DNA from: a virus
Length of the DNA: 64,000 bases
IMG/VR virus record: IMGVR_UViG_3300027763_000039
Location: 1-64,000 of that record
Direction: 5' to 3' (one strand)
Part shown: piece after piece, positions 9,532-19,176 of the stretch
Numbering within the stretch: the first letter of the stretch is position 1
Layout of the letters: each line of letters starts with the position of its first letter
Made by a program: the position numbers and the translations under genes
The notes under the pieces: generated by a model
Database searches by the model: none
What the model saw: only the letters and a program-made list of their open reading frames with translations
Told to the model about the DNA's origin: nothing

Positions 9532-10126
9532 ATTTAGATACGACGTTATTAACCACTTTATTAACAAATATAATTTGATCAAATATTTAGAAATTGGGGT
9601 CTTTAATGGAGAAAACTTTAGAGAAATCCGAGCTCCTCTTAAGCATGGTGTTGATCCAGGATCAGAAGGGGTGGTAGCCAAAGAAGTCACCCACCCATAT
9701 ACGTCTGATCGTTTTTTTGAGTCTCTAGATAAAGATTATTTGTATGATATTATATTCATAGACGGTCTTCATCACGCTGATCAAGTAGCTAAAGACATTA
9801 AAAATTCACTTAAGCATGTAATCGCCAACGGGTTTATTATTCTTCACGACTGCTTGCCTCCAGACTACGATCATCAAGTTGTTCCAAGAAAACAAACTTT
9901 TTGGACAGGAGATGTATGGAGAGCTTTCGTGGGATTTAAACAAGCTAATTCTCTATTCTCTTGTGTCGTGGATATGGATTTTGGTGTGGGTATTATCAAA
10001 AATAATCCAGATATAGAATACAAAGATTTCTCTCCCACTACTATGTCTTATGAGGAATTTGCAAACAATTCTAAAGAGCTATTAAATTTGATTTCTTACC
10101 AAGAGTTTATTAGTAGTGATATATGA
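9524..10126 (+). CDS. Class I SAM methyltransferase (Methyltransf_24-like)
   Basis: YLEIGV, GVDP, DIIFIDGLH, IILHD motifs. Confidence 0.85.
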   Translation: MLKFRYDVINHFINKYNLIKYLEIGVFNGENFREIRAPLKHGVDPGSEGVVAKEVTHPYTSDRFFESLDKDYLYDIIFIDGLHHADQVAKDIKNSLKHVIANGFIILHDCLPPDYDHQVVPRKQTFWTGDVWRAFVGFKQANSLFSCVVDMDFGVGIIKNNPDIEYKDFSPTTMSYEEFANNSKELLNLISYQEFISSDI

Positions 10127-10761
10127 TCTCATATTGTACTATAGTTTATCAAGAACAAGATGAGATTATTCGTCTTTTGAAACAAATTAAAACTATCTCT
10201 ACAAAAGAAGATGAGATTGTTGTAATTCAGTCATATAGAGATGAAGAAGAAAAACAATCAGAATGGTATCAATCCATCAGACAGTCTATTCTAGAATTTA
10301 CTGATGTTATTTACGGAGATTTTCATTTTCATAAAAATTTTTCAGAAATGAAAAATTACATGGCTTCTCTAGCTACCAAAGATTATATTTTTAATTTAGA
10401 TGCAGATGAGTATATGCTAGATCAGGCATATTCTATTATTAACAATATCTTGTTAGAAAATCCTAAAGTTGATTTGTATTATTTACCCAGAATAAATACT
10501 GTTGAAAATATTACTCAAGAGGATATTGATCACTGGGGATGGAATTTAAATGAATTTGGATGGATAAACTGGCCTGATTATCAGCCACGCATCTATAAAA
10601 ATAACCAACAAATTAAATGGACTGGTCTAGTTCATGAGCATTTATCTGGTCATACAAACTATGCCACAGTAGCTTCTGATCCTAAGTTGGCTATTATTCA
10701 TAATAAGGATATTAACAAACAAAAACAGCAAAATGAATTATATAGAAGAATTATACAATGA
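10123..10761 (+). CDS. Glycosyltransferase family 2
   Basis: YIFNLDADE (DxD), PRIN, WPDYQPR, VHE motifs. Confidence 0.85.
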   Translation: MISYCTIVYQEQDEIIRLLKQIKTISTKEDEIVVIQSYRDEEEKQSEWYQSIRQSILEFTDVIYGDFHFHKNFSEMKNYMASLATKDYIFNLDADEYMLDQAYSIINNILLENPKVDLYYLPRINTVENITQEDIDHWGWNLNEFGWINWPDYQPRIYKNNQQIKWTGLVHEHLSGHTNYATVASDPKLAIIHNKDINKQKQQNELYRRIIQ

Positions 10762-11351
10762 AAAATATAGTACAAATAGGAGCTTGTCAGGGGAAAGATC
10801 ATGTTCTGGATGTTATATCTAATGGATCCACCGAAATCACGGCACACCTAATTGAGCCTCTCCCAAAAAACTTTGATTTATTGATAAACAATTATGAAAA
10901 TATAGCAACAAAAAATAATAGTATTCAATTTTATAATTGCGCAATATCAACACATACTGGTAAGCTTGTGCTTTATTACCAAAAAGAAGTTAAAAACAAC
11001 ACACAGGACGAACATTGTTCTTTTAGTTATAACCATTTGTTGGCCCATGGACATGAAGGTAACATAGAAAAAATAGAAGTACAATGCTATACCTTGCTTG
11101 ATTTTATAAATCATTTTAATATCTCTAAGACTATCGATCATCTTTATATTGATACTGAGGGACATGATTGTGATATATTATTAAGTACTAATTTTGATGA
11201 TTTAGATATAAAAAATATTACTTTTGAAATCTCACATAGTGACGGAGCCTTTTCCAAAGGCACTAAACTACAACAAACCAAAGACCACCTACAACACCAT
11301 AAGTATTCTATAATCAATGACAATGGCCTTGATATTACGATGAGTAAATAA
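10758..11351 (+). CDS. FkbM-family methyltransferase
   Basis: VQIGA, IEP, NCAIS, LYIDTEGHD, FE motifs. Confidence 0.85.
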   Translation: MKNIVQIGACQGKDHVLDVISNGSTEITAHLIEPLPKNFDLLINNYENIATKNNSIQFYNCAISTHTGKLVLYYQKEVKNNTQDEHCSFSYNHLLAHGHEGNIEKIEVQCYTLLDFINHFNISKTIDHLYIDTEGHDCDILLSTNFDDLDIKNITFEISHSDGAFSKGTKLQQTKDHLQHHKYSIINDNGLDITMSK

Positions 11352-11354
11352 TTT

Positions 11355-11927
11355 ATGGATTATTTTAATTACAGTATTGATGGTCAATGTGATTACTATG
11401 ACCTATACGACCTTATTCTTTGCAAAATGCCTCAAAACTTTAAGTTTGCGGAGATAGGAGTTGGTAAAGGTAAAAGTTTAGCATTTCTTATAGTACATTC
11501 TTTGTTTTTGGAAAAGCGTGGACAAATATTTGCTATAGATAGTTGGGAAGGTTTTAAAGAGAATATGGATCCAGATAGTCCTTTTTTTGAACCCATATTA
11601 CAAGAAAATTCTGACGCTCTATATCATCTATTTTTGAAGAACATCTCTCCAGTCAAAACTCTAATTACTGTAACGAGGGGAAATATAATAAGTTCTGCTA
11701 AATCCTTTGATAATAATTCCCTAAATGCTATCTTTATTAAGACTAGCCACAATTATGAAGAGGTTCTAAAAGACTTAATAGCATGGTATCCAAAGAAAAT
11801 TGAAAATGGTATTTTTTGTGGACATGATTATATTTCACCAGGGATAAGAAAAGCAGTAGATGAATTTGCTATATTAAACAATCTCAAAAGTAGTCTTATA
11901 GGAAGCACAAGCTGGATCATCCAATGA
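11355..11927 (+). CDS. Class I SAM methyltransferase (Methyltransf_24-like)
   Basis: AEIGVGKGKS, AIDSW, GIFCGHDY; the usual FIDxxH appears as FIKTSH. Confidence 0.8.
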   Translation: MDYFNYSIDGQCDYYDLYDLILCKMPQNFKFAEIGVGKGKSLAFLIVHSLFLEKRGQIFAIDSWEGFKENMDPDSPFFEPILQENSDALYHLFLKNISPVKTLITVTRGNIISSAKSFDNNSLNAIFIKTSHNYEEVLKDLIAWYPKKIENGIFCGHDYISPGIRKAVDEFAILNNLKSSLIGSTSWIIQ

Positions 11928-12679
11928 ATAATTTACTATTTCATTTTTATTGCAAAAAACACCCAATGACAACCTATGCTATAGAGCAACTGTCTAAACA
12001 CCTATACATATTTGATGGATATAAGCATATTAGTATATCAATACCATCAAACTATACAGAAGAAGATTATGAAGTATTACTATGTATACTTGAGAAGTTT
12101 GATAAAACCTGTCTAATTACCACTTGTTTGAACGATCCAAAAATAAGAGAAGGCAAAACATTCTATACTTCTCATCTTCCACTATTGTCTAAGCATATTG
12201 AAAATAAGACATTATCAGATGATGACTATACTTTTTATGGACATAGCAAAGGCAATAGTCATGAGACTGGAAGTTTTGGAATATCTTGTTGGGTTAAATT
12301 TCTATGGAAATACAATATAGAACTATTTTATAGTAAAGTTAAGCCACATTTTGGCAATTACAAATTTATTGGTGTTAATAAAACTAAAGGAACGACCAAT
12401 TTTCCATTATCGGGGTTTCCTCCATTCCATTATCAAGGTACTTTTTATTGGTTTCAAACAAAAATACTACAAAAAAATAATTGGAATAAACAAACTGGAC
12501 ACATATTAGATGTAGAGATGTGGCCTGGTTATATGGTAGACACAAAAGAAGCTTTAAATGTTTATATCCCAACTAAAGAAGATGGCACCGAGATAGACTG
12601 TATTCATTTTTATGAGACTAATAATGAACTTAAAAAAATATGTGAAAAAATATTAAATGACAATGAAAATCTTTTATAG
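11924..12679 (+). CDS. Hypothetical protein with HSKG motif (putative glycan-modifying), paralogue of 13352..14200
   Basis: YTFYGHSKG, FHYQGTFYWF and EMWPGY are shared with the paralogue; lies in the glyco cluster. Confidence 0.65.
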   Translation: MNNLLFHFYCKKHPMTTYAIEQLSKHLYIFDGYKHISISIPSNYTEEDYEVLLCILEKFDKTCLITTCLNDPKIREGKTFYTSHLPLLSKHIENKTLSDDDYTFYGHSKGNSHETGSFGISCWVKFLWKYNIELFYSKVKPHFGNYKFIGVNKTKGTTNFPLSGFPPFHYQGTFYWFQTKILQKNNWNKQTGHILDVEMWPGYMVDTKEALNVYIPTKEDGTEIDCIHFYETNNELKKICEKILNDNENLL

Positions 12680-13355
12680 AATATCTGATCAAGGATATAA
12701 GAAAGTTAAACCTTCATATATCAATAATGAAAATTGTTTAAAAAACTTTTGTCATGTTTTTCATGATCATTTAGATACTCTATCTGTTATAGCAGATAAT
12801 ATTTCTTATGATACGACAAATCTGATTAAAAAGTATATTAAAACTGATATCATACACACATCGATTGGTCATGGAGCAGGAACTTTTAATGTGGCTTTAG
12901 ACAAAGCTCTATCATTGCCTGATGATGAAATAGTTTACTTTGTAGAAAACGACTATCTTCACAAACCACTAGCTCCACAAATTTTATTAGAAGGTTTATC
13001 TTTAGGTCCTTCTTTTGTGACATTATATGATCATCCAGACAAATATTTGGATCCTTCTAATGGAGGTAATCAATTTTGCCAAGGTAACGCAGAAAATACC
13101 AGGGTTTACCTTACTAATTCATGTCATTGGAAAATTACAAATTCAACCACTATGACCTTTGCTAGCAAAGTAGCCACGCTCAAAGAGCACGAAAATATTC
13201 TTAGAAAATGGACAAAAGATAGTTATCCTAATGATTTTCAAATGTTTATAGAGCTAACAAAACAACATGCTTTTCTCATATCTTCTATTCCCGCGTATTC
13301 TACACATGGAGAAACTGCTTGGCTATCTCCTCTAACTAACTGGGATACTATATGA
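12657..13355 (+). CDS. Putative GT-A fold glycosyltransferase
   Basis: VIADN, VYFVENDYLH (DxD-like), TLYDHPDKY, STTMTFA. Confidence 0.65.
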   Translation: MTMKIFYRISDQGYKKVKPSYINNENCLKNFCHVFHDHLDTLSVIADNISYDTTNLIKKYIKTDIIHTSIGHGAGTFNVALDKALSLPDDEIVYFVENDYLHKPLAPQILLEGLSLGPSFVTLYDHPDKYLDPSNGGNQFCQGNAENTRVYLTNSCHWKITNSTTMTFASKVATLKEHENILRKWTKDSYPNDFQMFIELTKQHAFLISSIPAYSTHGETAWLSPLTNWDTI

Positions 13356-14200
13356 TTAATAAATTATACAATTGGATTTATCCAACAAAAACTACCGATA
13401 TCAAACAGACAACAGATTCTGATGTTACCATAGATGGAAAAGTTGAGAATAGTCCTTTATTTAATTTGATTTTTCATTTTCATTGCGTTAGACACGAAAA
13501 GGTTTGTTATTCAATTGCTAAAATAGAACAGCATTTAGAGATATTCAATGGACATAGAATTTTTACCGTATCATCTCCAGACAATAAGTTTTATGATAAT
13601 CCTATTTATAAATTATTGATAGAAAAATTTGCCAAAAAAAATGTTCATATTATTCCTGTTACAAATGATAGTGTCGTTAGAGAAACTCTACATTTTTTTG
13701 ATAAAGCTTGTCCACTACTACATCATCTACTAAAAATCAATAAACAAAATAATAGTTACACATTTTATGGTCATAGTAAAGGATGTACTCACGCAGAAAA
13801 AACTTATTCTATTACTTGTTGGGTAAATACATTATTTAAATATAATCTAGATTTGTTCTACAATAAAATTAAACCAGAATTATTAACCAATCAGTATAAA
13901 TTTGTTGGTTGTTTGAAAAGAACTGGTAGTTCTGGTTTTGGAGCATCATTTCATTATTGTGGTACATTTTTTTGGTTTAATTCCAATATTTTAGATAATC
14001 CTACTTATAGAACACATGAACACAAACTAGGACTAGAAATGTGGCCGGGATACATAGCTAATGATGCTGAGTGTTTATCAGTATTTGATCTTGATAATAT
14101 TGAACCTTATCGTTATGATTATTGGTATAATTTAGTTTATGGTAGAATAATAGATAGGCCAATAACATTTTCTTGTAGTGCAATAGGAGACCAGCTATGA
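13352..14200 (+). CDS. Hypothetical protein with HSKG motif, paralogue of 11924..12679
   Basis: YTFYGHSKG, FHYCGTFFWF, EMWPGY. Confidence 0.65.
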   Translation: MINKLYNWIYPTKTTDIKQTTDSDVTIDGKVENSPLFNLIFHFHCVRHEKVCYSIAKIEQHLEIFNGHRIFTVSSPDNKFYDNPIYKLLIEKFAKKNVHIIPVTNDSVVRETLHFFDKACPLLHHLLKINKQNNSYTFYGHSKGCTHAEKTYSITCWVNTLFKYNLDLFYNKIKPELLTNQYKFVGCLKRTGSSGFGASFHYCGTFFWFNSNILDNPTYRTHEHKLGLEMWPGYIANDAECLSVFDLDNIEPYRYDYWYNLVYGRIIDRPITFSCSAIGDQL

Positions 14201-15015
14201 TTTCAGCAATTGTTCCATCTTTTAAAAATCCTAAGTGTTTAGAAATTTGTATCAAATCTTTTCTTGATACTCAAACAACAGGCTCCGAACTCATATGTAT
14301 AATAGATGGTTTTGCTGATATGTACGAAGAAATGGCTACTAAATATATAGATAATCCTTTGGTTAAATTTGCTGTTAATGAAAAAAATAAAGGTATGCCG
14401 TTCTCTATTAATTTAGGAGCATATTACTCTATTAATCCATGGTTATTAATCCTAAATGACGATAATGTATTTCCTAAAAACTGGGATACTATTTTACTCA
14501 ATCAAATGAATAAAAATCTGGTCATATCTCCCAATCAAATAGAGAGAAATGAAAGCATATTTAATTTTGTCAAATACGATTTTGGCACAATAGATAACTT
14601 TAAATATGAAGATTTCTTAGAAAAAGAACCCTCCTTAAGAGAAGGTGATCATCTTACTAATGATGGGGAAATATTCCCTTTTTGTATCAGTAAAAAACTC
14701 TTCATGGCAGTTGGTGGTTTTGATCTTGTATATCCTTCTCCATTTGTTTGTGATTGGGATTTTTTCTTAAAATTGGAATTATTGGGTATACAATTTTATA
14801 GAACAAGACAATTGAATTTTTATCATTTTGGAAGTATGGCTACCAAAAAGTCTTCTAGTGCAGAAGATGCTGATTATTTTAGGAATAGTGAAAATATTGC
14901 ATCAGAAGTATTTTCACAAAAATGGGGATTTGAGCCAACTATACAAAGACCATCTAATTCTCACAAACCAGATACTACAGAAATTATTAGAGGAATTAAT
15001 TACTATGAAGAATAA
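14197..15015 (+). CDS. Glycosyltransferase family 2
   Basis: ISAIVPSF, IIDG, LNDDN, VGGFD, DWDF, FYHFG. Confidence 0.88.
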   Translation: MISAIVPSFKNPKCLEICIKSFLDTQTTGSELICIIDGFADMYEEMATKYIDNPLVKFAVNEKNKGMPFSINLGAYYSINPWLLILNDDNVFPKNWDTILLNQMNKNLVISPNQIERNESIFNFVKYDFGTIDNFKYEDFLEKEPSLREGDHLTNDGEIFPFCISKKLFMAVGGFDLVYPSPFVCDWDFFLKLELLGIQFYRTRQLNFYHFGSMATKKSSSAEDADYFRNSENIASEVFSQKWGFEPTIQRPSNSHKPDTTEIIRGINYYEE

Positions 15016-16006
15016 AATTCTTATTACCGGCAATGCAGGACTACTTGGTTCTAATTTAGCCGATTATATTATACAAAATTATCCAAAATATAGTGTCTAT
15101 GGAGTAGATGATCTTAGTGGTGGCTACAAAGAGAATATTAATCCTAGTATCCATTTTTATCAAATGAATATTTTAGACCCAGAATTTGATAATGTTTTTA
15201 GTGCTATTAAACCCGATTATGTCTTTCATCTAGCAGCTTATGCAGCAGAGGGGCTCAGTCCATTTATTAGACAATTTAATTACAACAATAATTTACTATC
15301 AACTGCTCGCGTTATCAATAACTGTATCAAACATGATGTAACAAGATTAGTTTTTACATCTAGTATGGCAGTCTATGGTGATAATCCCACACCTTTTGAT
15401 GAATCTATGAGACAAAAGCCAATAGATCCTTATGGAATAGCAAAGTATGCTTGTGAAATGGATATACAAGTGGCTGGTGAGCAACACGGATTAGACTGGT
15501 GCATTATTAGGCCACATAATGTTTATGGCAGAAAACAAAACATCTGGGACAAATATCGTAATGTTCTTGGAATATGGATGTATCAACACCTAGAAGGTCG
15601 GCCTATTACTATTTTTGGTGACGGTGAGCAGAAGAGGGCCTTTAGCTACATTAACGACAGCGTGGGACCATTGTTTAAAGCAGCTATAGAACCACAAGCT
15701 TCCAAGCAGATTATAAATCTAGGAGGCATTCATGAGTGTTCCATTAACGAAGCCGCAGATGCTTTATTGTCTGTAGTTGGCGGACAAGCGGACAAGATTT
15801 ATTTGGAAGGTAGACACGAAGTTAAATATGCCTACCCAACTTATCAAAAATCTGTTGACATTTTGGGATTTGAGCATATAACATCTCTATCTGATGGCTT
15901 AAGCGACATGTGGACATGGGCAAAAACTCAACCACGACGCTCAAGATTTATCTGGAATCATTACGAAATAGATAAAGGAATATATTCATTTTGGAAAACC
16001 GCATAA
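15005..16006 (+). CDS. NAD-dependent epimerase/dehydratase
   Basis: ILITGNAGLLG Rossmann motif, FHLAA, FTSS, YGIAK (YxxxK). Start re-set to the ATG at 15005 after GAGG. Confidence 0.92.
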   Translation: MKNKILITGNAGLLGSNLADYIIQNYPKYSVYGVDDLSGGYKENINPSIHFYQMNILDPEFDNVFSAIKPDYVFHLAAYAAEGLSPFIRQFNYNNNLLSTARVINNCIKHDVTRLVFTSSMAVYGDNPTPFDESMRQKPIDPYGIAKYACEMDIQVAGEQHGLDWCIIRPHNVYGRKQNIWDKYRNVLGIWMYQHLEGRPITIFGDGEQKRAFSYINDSVGPLFKAAIEPQASKQIINLGGIHECSINEAADALLSVVGGQADKIYLEGRHEVKYAYPTYQKSVDILGFEHITSLSDGLSDMWTWAKTQPRRSRFIWNHYEIDKGIYSFWKTA

Positions 16007-16818
16007 AACTTAAGGACATTGTTTCTCGTTCTTTATTTGGTTCTCTGGGAACTATACTAAATGAAGAGCACTTATCTATGTTTTTATCTTTTTCCAAATA
16101 TAATGCTGATTTTCTAAACTCTTTCCCTAAAGTTGTTTATTGTCTCAATGGAAATAAAGAATTAATAGAAGCCTCTCAGAATTTTTTGAGGGAGTTTCTA
16201 ACTACAGATCTTAGCATTATTGCTGTAGAGAATTTAGGACACACATTTGGAACATTTTTTAATGATGGAAAAATCTTTTCTTTTGCTGATGCTTTTGATT
16301 ATGACTACATTTGGAAATTTTCTAATGACGTAGTTGTGACTAAAGATATCTTCAATAAATATATTACTGCGAATAAAGGGTTCTATTACATAAACAATAT
16401 TGGTTATAATGTTTTTAATACATATGATAAGACCAAATTGGTTGAAGTTTTAATGGATCAATCTTTTTATTATCCACAAACAAATTATTACATCATTAAA
16501 AATCATACCAAGTTTTATCCTGATGAAGACCTAATCTATCGGCTAAAAGCAGAACATGAGAATATTAAGAAAGAAAACCCCACTATTCAACCGTGGCACT
16601 CTATTGAGGGTTGTGATTCTGAGCATATGTTGGCCAAAACAGTAGAGAATAATAATCTATCCAAAGAGCATTTATTATCGGAATCTTCAGTAAGAGCAGT
16701 AATAGATTTTATTGATCAACATAAAATACACGATGGCAGTCATAAAAATATTGCCTATTCAGAACTTGGAGGACTTTGCCATCTTCATTATCCCAACCAT
16801 AATTCATACCTGATCTAG
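15991..16818 (+). CDS. Hypothetical protein (possible GT-A-like)
   Basis: 275-aa ORF with TTG start overlapping the upstream gene; YIWKFSND resembles a GT-A acidic motif. Confidence 0.6.
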   Translation: MENRIKLKDIVSRSLFGSLGTILNEEHLSMFLSFSKYNADFLNSFPKVVYCLNGNKELIEASQNFLREFLTTDLSIIAVENLGHTFGTFFNDGKIFSFADAFDYDYIWKFSNDVVVTKDIFNKYITANKGFYYINNIGYNVFNTYDKTKLVEVLMDQSFYYPQTNYYIIKNHTKFYPDEDLIYRLKAEHENIKKENPTIQPWHSIEGCDSEHMLAKTVENNNLSKEHLLSESSVRAVIDFIDQHKIHDGSHKNIAYSELGGLCHLHYPNHNSYLI

Positions 16819-16819
16819 T

Positions 16820-16834
16820 GGTGTACTAAGTAGT
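16820..16834 (+). promoter_or_regulatory. GGTGTA motif, candidate phage promoter
   Basis: GGTGTACTAAGTAGT in the gap before nrdJ. Confidence 0.35.
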
Positions 16835-16865
16835 CTACATCACAATTAATTTTTAAGGAGTATCC

Positions 16866-19058
16866 ATGTCTGCTATTCAAGAATTGCAAAATTATACCTT
16901 TGTTAGTAAGTATGCTCGTTGGCTAGAAGATAAGAATCGCAGAGAAACATGGAAGGAAGCAGTAGACAGAGTGCGACAAATGATGCACTCTAAATATGAT
17001 GAGTTTGGAGTAGCAGAAGATATTGATTGGGCATATGATATGATGTATAAGAAGAAAGTTCTTGGTAGTCAAAGAGCCCTTCAGTTCGGTGGAGACCCTA
17101 TTCTAAAGCGTCATGCTAAAATTTATAATTGCACAGCTAGTTACTGTGATCGTTTAAGATTTTTTCAAGAATGTTTTTGGTTACTATTGTGTGGTTCTGG
17201 CACTGGCTTTAGTGTTCAGAAACATCATGTTTCCAAACTGTCCTCTCTAGAACATGACATTACTCAAGACCAAGCTATTAAGTATGTAATAGAAGATAGT
17301 ATTGAAGGATGGGCTAATGCTTTGGGTGTATTATTAAGTTCTTACTTTAGTAAACCAGTAGAAGAATTCAAGCAATATAAGAATACTCATGTAGTATTTG
17401 ACTATTCAAATATCAGACCAAAAGGTTCTCCACTAGGATCTGGAGTAGGTAAAGCTCCGGGATATGAGCCATTAGCTAATGGTCTAGAAAAAATTCGCAC
17501 TCTATTAGATAAGTGTATTGCCAATGGGCAAAAGAAACTTCGTCCTATTGATGCTTATGATATCGTGATGCACAGTAGTGATGCTGTATTATCTGGCGGT
17601 GTTCGTAGAAGTGCTTCGTTAGCATTGTTTAGTCATGACGATGAAGAAATGGCTAAGGCTAAGACAGGTAATTGGTACATGGAGAATCCACAAAGAGCAC
17701 GAAGCAACAACTCTGCTCTACTTCTAAAAAGTGAAACTACCTTTGAAGAATTTGCTGGACTAATGCAATCTGTTAAAGAGTTTGGCGAACCGGGCTTTAT
17801 CTGGAGCGAATCAACAGAGATGATTTTTAATCCCTGTGTTGAAATTGGTATGTGGCCTATTGATGAGAGCACAGGTAAGAGTGGATGGCAAGGTTGTAAT
17901 CTTTCTACTATTAATTGTTCTAGTGTTGTTGACGAAGAAGATTTTTATGAAAGATGTAAGGCTGCTACAATAATAGGTACTTTACAAGCTGGTTTTACTA
18001 AAATAGAATATCTTGGTAAAACTAGTGAAAATATTTTTGAGAGAGAAGCTTTACTAGGAGTATCTTTAACTGGTACTATGGAGAAGCATGATCTTGTGCT
18101 TACAGAAAAGACATTAACCAAGGGTGCTAAGATTGCTGTTGATACAAATAAGCAGATTTCTAAAAAAATCAATATTAATCAAGCAGCTAGAGTTACGTGT
18201 TTAAAGCCGGAAGGTACATCAAGTAGTATGTTGGGAACATCCTCTGGCATCCACCCACACCACGCCAAACGCTATATACGCCATGTACAGGCCAACATTT
18301 TAGAAGCACCATACCAACACTTCAAGAAAGTAAACCCACAAGCCTGCGAGAAATCGTCGTGGTCTGCAAATAATACTGATGAAGTAGTTAAATTTCCAAT
18401 AGAAGTACCAGATGGTGCTAAGTTGAGAAATCAATTACCAGCAGTAGAAATGCTCTCTGTTGTAAAAGATACTCAGAAGAACTGGGTTCATTCTGGAAAG
18501 AATAGGTCATTATGTACACAGGAATATTTGAGTCATAATGTTAGCAATACTGTAACAGTCAAACCAGATGAATGGGACGCTGTAACAAAGTATATCTACG
18601 ACAATAGAAAATATTTTGCTGGCATATCTTTAATTCCTCAAAGTGGAGATAAAGATTATCCACAAGCTCCATTCACTACTGTTTATACTAGTAGAGAAAT
18701 TGTTAAGGAATATGGCGATGCTGCTTTATGGTGTTCTGGTTTGATTGAACTAGGCTTAAATGCTTTTAATAATAATCTATGGGCAGCTTGTGATTATGTC
18801 AGTTTAAATCAAGCCAAAGAGGATGATGATGAAAACAAACAAAAATTTATCACAAAAATGAAAAATTTCGCTGGTAAGTATTTTGATGGAGATACTAGAA
18901 GACTAACCTATTGTATGAAAGATGTATACAATTGGAAAATCTATTGTGATCTCTATAATAGTTTTCAAAAGGTGGATTATACTCAGTTATTAGAAACAGA
19001 AGACAATACCGCTGGCATAGAAGAAATTAGCTGCGCTGGTGGAGCTTGTTTACTGTAA
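16866..19058 (+). CDS. nrdJ: Class II (adenosylcobalamin-dependent) ribonucleotide reductase
   Basis: YNC, GGVRRSA, PQRARSNNS, NPCVEI, CNL, KPEGT and C-terminal CAGGAC; no NrdB in the window; AAGGAG SD. Confidence 0.88.
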   Translation: MSAIQELQNYTFVSKYARWLEDKNRRETWKEAVDRVRQMMHSKYDEFGVAEDIDWAYDMMYKKKVLGSQRALQFGGDPILKRHAKIYNCTASYCDRLRFFQECFWLLLCGSGTGFSVQKHHVSKLSSLEHDITQDQAIKYVIEDSIEGWANALGVLLSSYFSKPVEEFKQYKNTHVVFDYSNIRPKGSPLGSGVGKAPGYEPLANGLEKIRTLLDKCIANGQKKLRPIDAYDIVMHSSDAVLSGGVRRSASLALFSHDDEEMAKAKTGNWYMENPQRARSNNSALLLKSETTFEEFAGLMQSVKEFGEPGFIWSESTEMIFNPCVEIGMWPIDESTGKSGWQGCNLSTINCSSVVDEEDFYERCKAATIIGTLQAGFTKIEYLGKTSENIFEREALLGVSLTGTMEKHDLVLTEKTLTKGAKIAVDTNKQISKKININQAARVTCLKPEGTSSSMLGTSSGIHPHHAKRYIRHVQANILEAPYQHFKKVNPQACEKSSWSANNTDEVVKFPIEVPDGAKLRNQLPAVEMLSVVKDTQKNWVHSGKNRSLCTQEYLSHNVSNTVTVKPDEWDAVTKYIYDNRKYFAGISLIPQSGDKDYPQAPFTTVYTSREIVKEYGDAALWCSGLIELGLNAFNNNLWAACDYVSLNQAKEDDDENKQKFITKMKNFAGKYFDGDTRRLTYCMKDVYNWKIYCDLYNSFQKVDYTQLLETEDNTAGIEEISCAGGACLL

Positions 19059-19119
19059 ATCTTTAACGGTCAATTAATAAGTATCTACTAATTGTTTACT
19101 ATAATAATAGTTGCTATAT

Positions 19120-19134
19120 GGTGTATTATTAGGT
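19120..19134 (+). promoter_or_regulatory. GGTGTA motif, candidate phage promoter
   Basis: GGTGTATTATTAGGT in the gap before phoH. Confidence 0.4.
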
Positions 19135-19176
19135 AACTTGGGATCTCTATTCCATATAATAGCTAAAGGGTAAGCC

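Noticed and set aside
15855-15882. TTGACA-16-TATAAC inside the epimerase gene
   Set aside because: The -10 box lacks the conserved final T, and such matches arise by chance in AT-rich DNA.
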